64,000 bases of DNA from the NCBI GenBank assembly GCA_963665815.1, contig OY762463.1:3872001-3936000 (forward strand), in the 5' to 3' direction. The stretch's first letter is position 1, and every line of letters begins with the position of its first letter. Below the pieces are notes generated by a model. It searched no databases, was not told where the DNA came from, and saw only the letters and a program-made list of their open reading frames with translations. Positions 19,057 through 28,572 of the stretch are shown here, piece after piece. The position numbers and the translations under genes are program-made. Origin of the DNA: Candidatus Cloacimonadales bacterium (GTDB lineage: Bacteria > Cloacimonadota > Cloacimonadia > Cloacimonadales > JAIOQZ01).

Positions 19057-20214
19057 TTATTTCAGTAGTACACATTTCTTGTTAATACTTGTGTCAGGTG
19101 ACTTAAGGGAAATTATGTATGTTCCGGATGCAACATCTTTTCCGAATTCATCTTTCCCTTGCCAGACAAATTCATGATTTCCTTTCGAAAGATGTCCGTC
19201 ATAGATTGATTTTACTTTTTCATTCCTGATATTATAGATATCCAGATTGCAATAAGAATTTTTATCAATATTCATGTATATTTTTGTATCAGGATTAAAT
19301 GGATTTGGATAGTTTTTCAGTTCAAAAAAATGTTCTGGAGTGTTCACCTCGTTTACCGAAAGATATTCAGAAATATCAGCATAAAAAACATCCATTGTAC
19401 CGGCTCTTTCACTTGTAAATGCCAGTTTTGTTCCATCATAAGACCAGAATGCATGAGAGTCGTAACCGGGACAATCTGTAATTTGCCTCATATCATTGCC
19501 CTCAACAGACTTAATCCAGGTCTCCGGATCTCCTGTACTTTCTGATTCATAAGCAATGTATCTTCCGTCCGGCGACCATTGGGGACGATCATCATAAGCA
19601 TTGCTTGTTGTGAATCTTCTCAGGGGAAGACTTCCATCCGAGTTGATCATCCAGATATCAATATTTCCGGATCTGTTAGACGTAAATGCAATAGTACTTC
19701 CATCAGGAGACCAAGACGGATGCCAGTTATCATAACTATCATCCAGGAGTACTGCAATGCTGCCTGTTTCAATATCAAGAATTTTCAGATCCATTCTGTA
19801 CATGAAACAGATTTTGGTGCCATCAGGTGACCATGATGGTTGAAATGCTCCAACATTAGTATAGTTTGTTACTTGAAAGTATGTACTGTCAGAAAAATCA
19901 TAAATCCATAAGTTGCCCTGAAAGTCATCTCTTGAATCGAAAACAAGTTTAGTACCATCAGGAGACCAGCAGAAGGCAAAATCACCATTAACATCAATAT
20001 CCAGCATTATGTTATTGTCAGGATTGTTAATTGATGCAAGGTGGATATTTGACCTGATCTGATCGTATCGAGTATACGAAAATACTGAGTCATTTGTGTT
20101 TGGTCTGAACTGAGGGTGATACTCCAGATCAGGAGTTGAAATCAGTTTAATTGGTTCAAGTGCCCCAACAACAGAGATCAGAAAAAGAAATGCAAGAATC
20201 AGGATTTTTTTCAT
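19057..20214 (-). CDS. TolB-like PD40 beta-propeller protein with C-terminal sorting domain (copy B)
   Basis: Repeated WSPDG motifs; NYPNPFNPDTKI; signal peptide from ATG 20214. Confidence 0.85.
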   Translation of the reverse strand: MKKILILAFLFLISVVGALEPIKLISTPDLEYHPQFRPNTNDSVFSYTRYDQIRSNIHLASINNPDNNIMLDIDVNGDFAFCWSPDGTKLVFDSRDDFQGNLWIYDFSDSTYFQVTNYTNVGAFQPSWSPDGTKICFMYRMDLKILDIETGSIAVLLDDSYDNWHPSWSPDGSTIAFTSNRSGNIDIWMINSDGSLPLRRFTTSNAYDDRPQWSPDGRYIAYESESTGDPETWIKSVEGNDMRQITDCPGYDSHAFWSYDGTKLAFTSERAGTMDVFYADISEYLSVNEVNTPEHFFELKNYPNPFNPDTKIYMNIDKNSYCNLDIYNIRNEKVKSIYDGHLSKGNHEFVWQGKDEFGKDVASGTYIISLKSPDTSINKKCVLLK

Positions 20215-20470
20215 AAGGTGCTCCTTTGAGAATTTCATACACACAAATAATGCAGAAATGCTTACAGGTTACAAGAAAAATATACTGATAGTATACTTAA
20301 TTTAAGAGAAGTATATGATAATCCTGAATAATTCGGGAATAAAGTGCATAAAAAATATACTGATACATAAATAGATATTGACAGGAGAAGATATAGAAAG
20401 AGTTATAGAACTTTTCATAGCAGACGAATGAATGAATTAAATTTTATCAATGCAGTGAATTGGAGGTGTT

Positions 20471-21091
20471 ATGAGGAATATTAAAATAATCTTCATTATG
20501 ATTTCTGTTTTATCTATTAATGTGATACATGGAATACAAATTAGTGGAAGTGGTTTTTTTATTGGTGCTGCAAGAACAAATATTAAGGCTGAATGGGATA
20601 CATCCAGTATATATAATTTGTATAGCAGCGTATACACAGAATGTAATTTTCTACCTGGACAAATAATAAGGCTGGAGCTTGCATACACGGGAAAAGGCTG
20701 GTTTGATAAGAAGACAAGTTATTGGCATAAAAAATATAATCTGAAATATTTACAAATGCCGATTCTGATTAAACTATACTTGAATAGAGAGCCTAAACCA
20801 ACACATTATATCCTGTTTGGTCCTGCGGGAAGCTATTTGATTTCGAGTAAATACAGCATTGAAGGACCTGAAGACAATTATAATGATTTTAAGAGAAGTG
20901 GATCAATTTCGAATATGAGCGAGTTTGATGTAAGTTTAATGCTTGGTTTAGGAATTGAGCGAAAAAGATTTACAATTGAGGCTAGATATGACATAGGTTT
21001 TCAACAACTTCATGTTTACAATTTAGAAGGTAAAAAAAATAGAATCTATAATCGAGCTTTATATATTATTATGGGTCTACGAGTATTCTAG
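20471..21091 (+). CDS. Porin-family (PorT-like) outer-membrane beta-barrel
   Basis: ELAYTGKG, LKYLQMPILIK, LFGPAGSYL, IEARYDIG, terminal Phe. Confidence 0.7.
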   Translation: MRNIKIIFIMISVLSINVIHGIQISGSGFFIGAARTNIKAEWDTSSIYNLYSSVYTECNFLPGQIIRLELAYTGKGWFDKKTSYWHKKYNLKYLQMPILIKLYLNREPKPTHYILFGPAGSYLISSKYSIEGPEDNYNDFKRSGSISNMSEFDVSLMLGLGIERKRFTIEARYDIGFQQLHVYNLEGKKNRIYNRALYIIMGLRVF

Positions 21092-21123
21092 AGTTTTAAA
21101 AATTCGAAGGAACAGGTAATTAA

Positions 21124-22092
21124 ATGAAATTTTTATGGGTTGTGTTAGTATTTTCTATCATTCTGAGTGGTTGCGGAGACAATAATCCTACCAATGTGAC
21201 AATCTCTGAAATGACTGAAGTCAAGTATTCAGATGATATATATTTGCACAGAATCAGGCATTTGTATGATAATAGATTTCTGCTGAAGAGTTTTACTTCA
21301 CCGTTCGTGAACATTGCGGAATTAAATGGAGACTCATTTGAGATAATTCAATCATTCTGTCAGAAAGGTGATGGTGAAGGTGAAATGAAAAACCTTTACC
21401 TTAGTTATTATAATGATGGAGAGCTGCATCTATTTTCCGATGTTGATAGCAAGAGGTACTTAAAGTATTATTTGGATGGTGATCTATTTGTTCTTAAAGA
21501 TCACCTCATTCAGGACAAGAGTACGAGAATGATTCGTTTTGCAGGAAAAACTATTCGTGCAGTCTATGGTGATTCAGAGACCCCATACAAGTTCCGAGTG
21601 GATGAGACTGACAGCTTGTTTTATAAAAAAAATGATTACTCCGAAAGCTTCTGGATCAATGAGATTTCGAATTCATGTTACTTGAAATCTGATAGCCTGT
21701 ACATGTATGCTTTGTTTGGTGTTACCGGCAAGCTTCTGTGTTTTGATAAGGAACTGAATCTTATTGATGAACTGGAGTTGACAGAAGAGATAGGGCTTGA
21801 CAATGAATATGGGGCTTTTATAGATACTAATGGAAAGTACGTTATAAACATGGCTTTTGACAGATTCTGTACTTTGGGTGAAGGCATTCTCATGCTCTAC
21901 AGAGGTTTAGAAAAGGAAACCAGGACAGATATATTCTTCTATGATGTAAATCGGGAAAAGCTGATTGTCAAAAAAAAGATTCCGTATTATGCTGATTTTA
22001 TTGAAAAAGCAGGGGATAAGTATTTCTTCTGCGATGGTGATAAGGCATATCAATTCTCTGTTTCTGTTGATGGAAATAATTTACAGGATTAA
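21124..22092 (+). CDS. Putative lipoprotein (beta-propeller-like)
   Basis: Lipobox ILSGC; KGDGEGEM motif. Confidence 0.55.
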   Translation: MKFLWVVLVFSIILSGCGDNNPTNVTISEMTEVKYSDDIYLHRIRHLYDNRFLLKSFTSPFVNIAELNGDSFEIIQSFCQKGDGEGEMKNLYLSYYNDGELHLFSDVDSKRYLKYYLDGDLFVLKDHLIQDKSTRMIRFAGKTIRAVYGDSETPYKFRVDETDSLFYKKNDYSESFWINEISNSCYLKSDSLYMYALFGVTGKLLCFDKELNLIDELELTEEIGLDNEYGAFIDTNGKYVINMAFDRFCTLGEGILMLYRGLEKETRTDIFFYDVNREKLIVKKKIPYYADFIEKAGDKYFFCDGDKAYQFSVSVDGNNLQD

Positions 22093-22094
22093 AA

Positions 22095-22416
22095 ATGAGT
22101 TTCAAACATATGATATTTGATACTGTTGTAAACACTGTTTATTGCATTTTGCAGCTATATTTTTCCTGAAAGACACAGATAATGTTTTATAAGATCGCTG
22201 ACATCAGGGTTAGTTCATTGTGGCATGGGGATTTTGATTGTTGTTACTACCGGAACAAGTAAAGGCTTTACAGATATTATTTCTGAATATATTAGTTTGC
22301 TTAAGATAATTCCTACCATTTTCATTTTTAATTTTGTTTTAGACTGATTGGAGAAATTCAATGTGCATGCACTGTGCTCGGATATATTTTACGGAGCAAG
22401 AACTATTGTTTGGTAG
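22095..22416 (+). pseudogene. Degraded small membrane-protein gene
   Basis: ATG 2 nt after the previous stop; apparent frameshift near 22130, in-frame TAA 22180 and TGA 22345 in a hydrophobic frame ending TAG 22416. Confidence 0.3.
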
Positions 22417-22454
22417 TATGTATGTTATTTTTGCAATTGATAATCACATATCTC

Positions 22455-22482
22455 TTGACACCAATCATAAATCTGTCATATT
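22455..22482 (+). promoter_or_regulatory. Sigma70-type promoter for the hflX leader
   Basis: TTGACA-N16-CATATT with TG extended -10. Confidence 0.6.
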
Positions 22483-22515
22483 TGAAATCACAAAATAAAT
22501 AAAGAGGTACAAAAC

Positions 22516-22545
22516 ATGATCAGAACAGAAAGATTACGCAAATAG
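22516..22545 (+). CDS. hflX leader peptide MIRTERLRK
   Basis: GAGG RBS at 22504-22507; ATG ATC AGA ACA GAA AGA TTA CGC AAA TAG; contains RLR motif. Confidence 0.7.
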   Translation: MIRTERLRK

Positions 22546-22549
22546 TTAA

Positions 22550-22660
22550 AGGCTGATCTTACAAAACAAAACTAAAATTAGGGTCAGTCTGTTCTAAATC
22601 AGATATGGCTGGTCCTGTAATATAAATAAATTTACGCCCGGACTAAGTCCGGGTTTTTTT
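22550..22660 (+). promoter_or_regulatory. Transcription attenuator (alternative helices plus intrinsic terminator) upstream of hflX
   Basis: 22550-61 pairs 22579-90; 22579-89 pairs 22607-17; 22610-20 pairs 22632-45; terminator GCCCGGAC-TAA-GTCCGGGT-TTTTTT at 22636-22660. Confidence 0.7.
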
Positions 22661-22713
22661 ATTGTTGGATTGGATCGGTCGTTGATTTTGAACAAAGTTG
22701 AAAAGGAGGAATA

Positions 22714-23964
22714 ATGTCTGAAAAGAAGCATAATAATGATGCTGTTGTTGTAAGTGTAATGTTCAAAGGATCCGATGAAAATGTTTTTAATGAGTCACTT
22801 GAGGAAATCGTAAGACTGGCAGATACTGCCGAAATAAATGTCATAGATAAAATTGTTCAGAAGCGTTCCAGACCTGACGCTGCAACTTATGTCGGTAAAG
22901 GTATTCTGGAACAGATTAAAGAAGAATATGAGGATATCGATGTTGTTATATTCGATTGTGATCTTACTCCTTCTCAGTCCAGAAATATTGAGAAACTTAC
23001 AGGTATGATGGTCATAGACAGGACAGAGGTTATTTTAAGTATATTTAACGATCATGCCAAATCGAGAGAAGCAAGGCTTCAGGTAAGACTTGCCGAGTTA
23101 CAGTATCAGCTGCCTCGTCTGAGAAATTTGTGGAGTCACTTCCGAAAACAGCGTGTTGCTGCAAGAAGTAAAGGTTCCGGTCAGGCTGCCAGAGGTATGG
23201 GGGAAACCCAGATTGAAGTAGATCGCAGGAATCTAAGGCTTGAGATAAAACGTATTAACAAACTTCTTGAGAAGATAATGATTCAGAAGAATACTCAGGT
23301 GCAGAGACGCAGGAACTCGAAGAAAATCTGTCTTGTTGGTTATACCAATGCAGGGAAATCTACCTTATTTAATACTCTGACTTCTGCCGGAGTTTTGTCA
23401 GAGGACAAACTGTTTGCAACTCTTGATTCTACTGCGAGAGCTATTGTGATAGGTCGTGGAAACGAAATTGTGCTTTCAGATACGGTTGGCTTTATTTCAA
23501 GGCTTCCTCACCATCTCGTTGCATCTTTCAGGGCAACACTGAAGGATGTGCTGGATGCGGATCTGTTATTGCATGTGATAGACTTTTCCAGTCCATACTG
23601 TAGTCATCAGATAAAGGAAGTTGAAAGCGTTCTGAATCAGATCGGTGCAGAAGAAAAGCCTGTGCTTAAAGTGTATAATAAGATGGATGCAGTAAAATCC
23701 TATGTGATTGAGAAGGAAGCTGTGATGATTTCTGCAAAACATAGGATGAACATTGATGTTCTTCTGGAAACAGTTGACGAGATTGTGCACACCATAGGCA
23801 GATATGAACTGTTTATTCCGCATGCAGATGCAGGAAGCCTATCGGCACTGCATGAACTGGGAAATGTTATCAGTCTGGACTACGTGGAAGACGGTGTAAA
23901 AGTTGTTTCGGAGATCAACAATGAAGATTTCTATCATTTCGAGAAATTTGTAGTAGAAAAATAG
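22714..23964 (+). CDS. hflX: Ribosome-splitting GTPase HflX
   Basis: DRTEVILSIF..A.S.EARLQV.LAELQYQLPRL, VGYTNAGKST, DKLFATLD, LSDTVGFI, NKMD. Confidence 0.95.
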   Translation: MSEKKHNNDAVVVSVMFKGSDENVFNESLEEIVRLADTAEINVIDKIVQKRSRPDAATYVGKGILEQIKEEYEDIDVVIFDCDLTPSQSRNIEKLTGMMVIDRTEVILSIFNDHAKSREARLQVRLAELQYQLPRLRNLWSHFRKQRVAARSKGSGQAARGMGETQIEVDRRNLRLEIKRINKLLEKIMIQKNTQVQRRRNSKKICLVGYTNAGKSTLFNTLTSAGVLSEDKLFATLDSTARAIVIGRGNEIVLSDTVGFISRLPHHLVASFRATLKDVLDADLLLHVIDFSSPYCSHQIKEVESVLNQIGAEEKPVLKVYNKMDAVKSYVIEKEAVMISAKHRMNIDVLLETVDEIVHTIGRYELFIPHADAGSLSALHELGNVISLDYVEDGVKVVSEINNEDFYHFEKFVVEK

Positions 23965-23982
23965 TAATAGCAGAGTTTATAC

Positions 23983-24012
23983 AAAAAAAGGCTGCAGGCA
24001 AAACCTGCAGCC
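23983..24012. terminator. Terminator hairpin between hflX and the FN3 gene
   Basis: A-tract plus GGCTGCAGG-CAAAA-CCTGCAGCC. Confidence 0.75.
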
Positions 24013-24032
24013 AATATTTATTGAGATACCGA

Positions 24033-26972
24033 TTATTTAAGAAGAGTCATTTTATTGATCTTAGTATATTTACCGGTAGTCATTCTGTAGAAGTATACAC
24101 CTGTACCAACATCCTGACCTGCGTCAGATTTACCATTCCAGATTATCTGGTGGTCACCAGCTGATTGATGATCATTAATCAGAGTTTTCACTTTCTGACC
24201 CTTGATGTTGTAAATTGTGATATTTACTCGAGAGTCATTTTTGAGACTGTAATGGATAGATGTTTCAGGATTGAATGGGTTAGGATAGTTTCCTGTAAGC
24301 ATTGTTTTTACAGGAGCATTTTCATCATTACCATTAGCAACGATTTGAACAAGAACTGATACAGGAGCACATGGATCGGAAGTTCCGAATGAGTAAACTG
24401 CAGCAACAGTATAATCATATTCTCCACCGGCAAGACCGGTTTCTGTGAACATTGTATCTGCTTCTGACATATAGTCAACAGAAGCTATTTCGTTGTTATC
24501 TCTGTAAATTACAAAGCTTTGAAGACTGTCAGTATCTACGAAATCGTTAATGCTCCAGTAAAGATTAACAGTATCATTGTTTGTTGTATAAGTAAGGTTA
24601 AGAGGCATGTATGCGAAATGAACTCCTGCCATAACTGAAGCTGATGGAGCTGAATCTCCATCTGTATAAACTGCTATTACGTAATATGTATAGTTACCGT
24701 TCATGAGATCCATATCTGTGTATGTCATAACAGTTTCATCAGCAGTCTGATGGATTTCATTACCATCTCTGTATACTTTATACGATGTTATGTTTCTTTC
24801 ATTTACCGGTGGAGCATCCCAGGATATAGTTACATCGTTTGTATCAACAACTGTTGCAACATTTTCAGGAGCGTAAGGAACTTCAATTACAACATTAGCT
24901 GTATTAGATTCAGGTGAAGAACCGCTTGTATAAACAGCTTTTACATAATAGTTATAGCTTCCGTTTGCGAGTGTTGTATCAGTATAAGTTGTATCATTAA
25001 CACCTGCTGTTGTATGGATAATCTGATCATTTCTGTAAATCTCATATTGTGTGAGTGTTCTTTCAAGTCTTTCAGGTGTAACATCATTTACGCCATCAAA
25101 CAATCTAACTTGTGGACCTGACACTGAGAATTCAGGAGCATTGCTTCTTGTTGTTCTTGTCACTGAGTTTACAGGAGGAGTATTCCAGGCAAGGTCAACA
25201 TCATTATCGTTTACAACTGTTGCTGTGAGGTTTTGAGGAGCGTAAGCAATTTCAAGATTAACAACAACAGGAGCTGTTTGAGGTGATTCACCTGATGAAT
25301 ACTGAGCACTTACTGTATATGAGTATGAACCGTTTGCAAGGTTCATATCTGTATATGTAAGAGTGTCAGCAGTGATAAATGTGTGAATAACACTTCCGTC
25401 TCTATACACTTTGTAACCGAGAAGTGATCTTGTAGGACCTGTTAAAGGTGTCTGCCATGTAACGGTAATATCATTTCCGTTCAGTGTATGTGTAAGGTTT
25501 CTTGGTTCGTAAAGACCTTCAATGTCCATTTGAATACGGTTTGATTCAGGAGAGTCTCCGGAAGAGAAAACGGCTTTAACATAGTACATGTATGTTCCGT
25601 TGCTAAGTCCGGCATCTGTCCATGTAAGTATTGCAGGATCGTTGATCTGGTGAACCATTACATTATCTTTATAGATTTTGTAACCAAGGAGTGATCTGTC
25701 AGGATAAAGAGTCTGTTGATTTCTTCTTGCAACAGGATTAGCAATAGCTCTTGCGAACATACCTGAACCTGAGCTTACAACAGTGAATCCGGGTGATCTT
25801 ACAGGACCTGTACCCATTTGCCATGTTAAAACGATATCAGTTACATTCTGTACTGTTCCCTGAAGGTTATTCGGAGCATATGGAATTTCAACTTCAACGT
25901 TTGCAGTATTTGAAGGAACAGATTCAATAGTTCCGTAAATTGCTGTTACATGATAATCATAAATTCCTGCTGAGAGAGTGGCATCAAGATAACTTGTTGT
26001 AGCCGGATCAGTAATTTCATGAATCATGTTGTTGTCTCTGTAAATTTTGTAACCTGTAACATATGCTGAAGCAGGTGCATCCCATCCAAGTTGAACATCT
26101 ACCTGGTTGGTTACATTTGCTGTAAGGTTTGTAGGTTCAAGAGCATTTACTGAAATAGTAAAAGCAGCATCAGAAACATCTGAGTATGATGAACCGTCAA
26201 AATCCCCGGATACTCTTACGTGACAAGTTGTTGAATACTGGTCAGAAACAGTCCAGTCATAGCTTCCTGTATTCTGAATATCATCTGCAAGCAATGTCCA
26301 GTTTACCATATTATCGTAGGAAACTTCCACATCAACAACAGGTAATGCCGGAGCATTCCATGTAATTTGCTGCATGTCGCCTGCGTAAAGTGTTTCACCG
26401 CCATTAGGAGCGGAAACAGTAACCGGAGTACCAATAATTTCGTTAATATCCCCGGTGAATGAGTTTGTTGGAATAGGTGTTCCATCCCAGTAAAGTATCT
26501 GGTTTTGTACACCGGATTGATCCCAGTGGAGATCAATATTGTCATCTGAACCGGTAACATTAAAAACAAGTGTTCCGATGTCAATAAATGTGGTGTCAAG
26601 AACATAAGCCATAGCTTCAAAGCTCTGATTAAAAAGTACATTAAATCCACACTTAATTGATGACATCTCAACAGGAAGTCCTGTATAAGAAGGTGTAATA
26701 CCGAATGGATCAAAAGAAAGTAGTGGGTCATCGAATGATGAGCTGTTAATGTCAAAGTCCAAAACATTATTGTTATATAAAACTCTTAAGTTAAAGTGTC
26801 CGATAGCAGCATTGCCATCATGGTTTCTGACTTTAAGTTTAACAGTATAAGTACTGTTTACTGCATCATAGCCGAGACCGGTACTCGTGTTGTCCATTAA
26901 GAAATCAATATCAGCCCAGGCTAAACTGAGGCTGACCAAAATAACTGCCAGTAAAATAAAGGTTTTTCTCAT
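24033..26972 (-). CDS. Secreted multi-fibronectin type III protein with N-terminal cohesin-like region and C-terminal sorting domain
   Basis: Signal peptide; six units of PxNL..V.L.W..GYKxYRD..GxYxYxVxAxYxxGxS; GNYPNPFNPETSI. Confidence 0.85.
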   Translation of the reverse strand: MRKTFILLAVILVSLSLAWADIDFLMDNTSTGLGYDAVNSTYTVKLKVRNHDGNAAIGHFNLRVLYNNNVLDFDINSSSFDDPLLSFDPFGITPSYTGLPVEMSSIKCGFNVLFNQSFEAMAYVLDTTFIDIGTLVFNVTGSDDNIDLHWDQSGVQNQILYWDGTPIPTNSFTGDINEIIGTPVTVSAPNGGETLYAGDMQQITWNAPALPVVDVEVSYDNMVNWTLLADDIQNTGSYDWTVSDQYSTTCHVRVSGDFDGSSYSDVSDAAFTISVNALEPTNLTANVTNQVDVQLGWDAPASAYVTGYKIYRDNNMIHEITDPATTSYLDATLSAGIYDYHVTAIYGTIESVPSNTANVEVEIPYAPNNLQGTVQNVTDIVLTWQMGTGPVRSPGFTVVSSGSGMFARAIANPVARRNQQTLYPDRSLLGYKIYKDNVMVHQINDPAILTWTDAGLSNGTYMYYVKAVFSSGDSPESNRIQMDIEGLYEPRNLTHTLNGNDITVTWQTPLTGPTRSLLGYKVYRDGSVIHTFITADTLTYTDMNLANGSYSYTVSAQYSSGESPQTAPVVVNLEIAYAPQNLTATVVNDNDVDLAWNTPPVNSVTRTTRSNAPEFSVSGPQVRLFDGVNDVTPERLERTLTQYEIYRNDQIIHTTAGVNDTTYTDTTLANGSYNYYVKAVYTSGSSPESNTANVVIEVPYAPENVATVVDTNDVTISWDAPPVNERNITSYKVYRDGNEIHQTADETVMTYTDMDLMNGNYTYYVIAVYTDGDSAPSASVMAGVHFAYMPLNLTYTTNNDTVNLYWSINDFVDTDSLQSFVIYRDNNEIASVDYMSEADTMFTETGLAGGEYDYTVAAVYSFGTSDPCAPVSVLVQIVANGNDENAPVKTMLTGNYPNPFNPETSIHYSLKNDSRVNITIYNIKGQKVKTLINDHQSAGDHQIIWNGKSDAGQDVGTGVYFYRMTTGKYTKINKMTLLK

Positions 26973-27186
26973 CTTTACTCCTTTTCATGTATATTATAGT
27001 ATTAAATATCGAATTTTTACTACAAAATTAAACAATTCTAATATTAGGATTACATGTAGAAATCTGTCAACTTTTGTTTATCATTCAACCATATTTTTTT
27101 TAATATAAATATTATTATATCGAAACGGATTGATAATATCTACTTTTTTAATTGCCAGAAAAACTAATTTCCAGCGAGTTGATACA

Positions 27187-28569
27187 ATGAAAAGAAATAA
27201 TCACGTTTTATCAGATTCTAATATTCCAGGTTTGTTATTCAGACAGTCTCTACCTGCAATAATTGGCATGTTTGTTCAAGGAACTTATAACTTTGTTGAC
27301 GGTGCTTTTGTCGGTCGCGGTATCGGTGAAATGGGGATTGCAGGCGTAACAGTTGTCCTACCAATTTCAATATTTATTCTGGCTGTTGGTTCCATGCTTG
27401 GAATTGGAGGGGCATCTCTGATTTCCCGATCAATTGGCGCAGGTAATTTTAGAAAAGCAGAGGATACTGTTGGAACAGTCTTTTTATTCGTAGTATTGTT
27501 TGGTGCTGTCTTTACTTCCATGGGGTTGATTTTCCTCGAACCATTGTTAAGATTATTCGGTGCAGATAATGAGTTACTTCCATTTGCTGTAGAGTACGGA
27601 CGAGTAATAATTGCAGGATCAGGATTCTTTGCTTTTGCAGTATCTTCAAACAACCTTATCAGATCCGAAGGTCATGCAAAAGTGGCAATGGGAACGATGT
27701 TTGTATCTGCATTTGTAAATATCATTCTCGATGCGGTATTTATCTTTGTTTTCAAATGGGGTATGATGGGCGTAGCACTGGCAACAGTTATTGCTCAGAC
27801 TTCCATGGCAATATATACATTTTGTTTTCTTCTGAGCGGAAAAAGCTCTGTAAAACTGCACTGGTCAAATATCAGAATAAAACCTGATATAATCAAATCT
27901 GTTTTTTCAGTTGGAATATCAGCGTTCTTCAGACAGTTTTCATCGATGATCATGATTGTATTCCTCAACCGAATTATTGTGAAGTATGGCTCAAACAGTT
28001 CTATCGCAATTATTGGTGCTGTTAACAGAATCATTATGATGATCCTGATGCCGATCTTCGGGCTTGCACAGGGATTACAACCTGTAGCCGGATTCAATTA
28101 TGGAGCAAAACGTTTGAAGCTTGTTAAACAGTCGTTAAAATATGCTTCTATCTGGGCTGTTTCCATAACTACTGTCGGATATATTATCATAAATACGCTA
28201 CCACGACAGTTGATTTCAATATTCTCTACTGACGCAGATATGATAAATGAGGCATCAGCCGTGCTGAGAATTGTTTGTCTTGTTATGCCTCTTGTCGGAT
28301 TTCAGGTAATTGGAGCCGCATTCTTTCAGGCAATTGGAAAAGCACTTCCGGCGTTTTTCCTCAATATTTCTCGTCAGATAGTCTTTTTTATTCCTATTGT
28401 AACAATTCTATCAGGGATGTTTGGACTTGACGGAGTCTGGTATTCTGCACCTGTTTCAGATGCACTGGCATTTGTTGTGACCTTAGTGTTCATTTTTGTG
28501 CAAATTAGAAAATTTAACTCAGCAATAAGTAAAAAACTTGCAGTTAATTCCAATATTGTAAAAGATTAG
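27187..28569 (+). CDS. MATE-family efflux transporter
   Basis: SLPAIIGM..YNFVDGAFVG, NIILDAVFIF..WGMMGVALAT, QPVAGFNYGA; likely start ATG 27187. Confidence 0.92.
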   Translation: MKRNNHVLSDSNIPGLLFRQSLPAIIGMFVQGTYNFVDGAFVGRGIGEMGIAGVTVVLPISIFILAVGSMLGIGGASLISRSIGAGNFRKAEDTVGTVFLFVVLFGAVFTSMGLIFLEPLLRLFGADNELLPFAVEYGRVIIAGSGFFAFAVSSNNLIRSEGHAKVAMGTMFVSAFVNIILDAVFIFVFKWGMMGVALATVIAQTSMAIYTFCFLLSGKSSVKLHWSNIRIKPDIIKSVFSVGISAFFRQFSSMIMIVFLNRIIVKYGSNSSIAIIGAVNRIIMMILMPIFGLAQGLQPVAGFNYGAKRLKLVKQSLKYASIWAVSITTVGYIIINTLPRQLISIFSTDADMINEASAVLRIVCLVMPLVGFQVIGAAFFQAIGKALPAFFLNISRQIVFFIPIVTILSGMFGLDGVWYSAPVSDALAFVVTLVFIFVQIRKFNSAISKKLAVNSNIVKD

Positions 28570-28572
28570 TCT

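Noticed and set aside
22345..22347. In-frame TGA as possible selenocysteine
   Set aside because: The same frame also has a TAA and an apparent frameshift, with no redox motif; better read as a pseudogene
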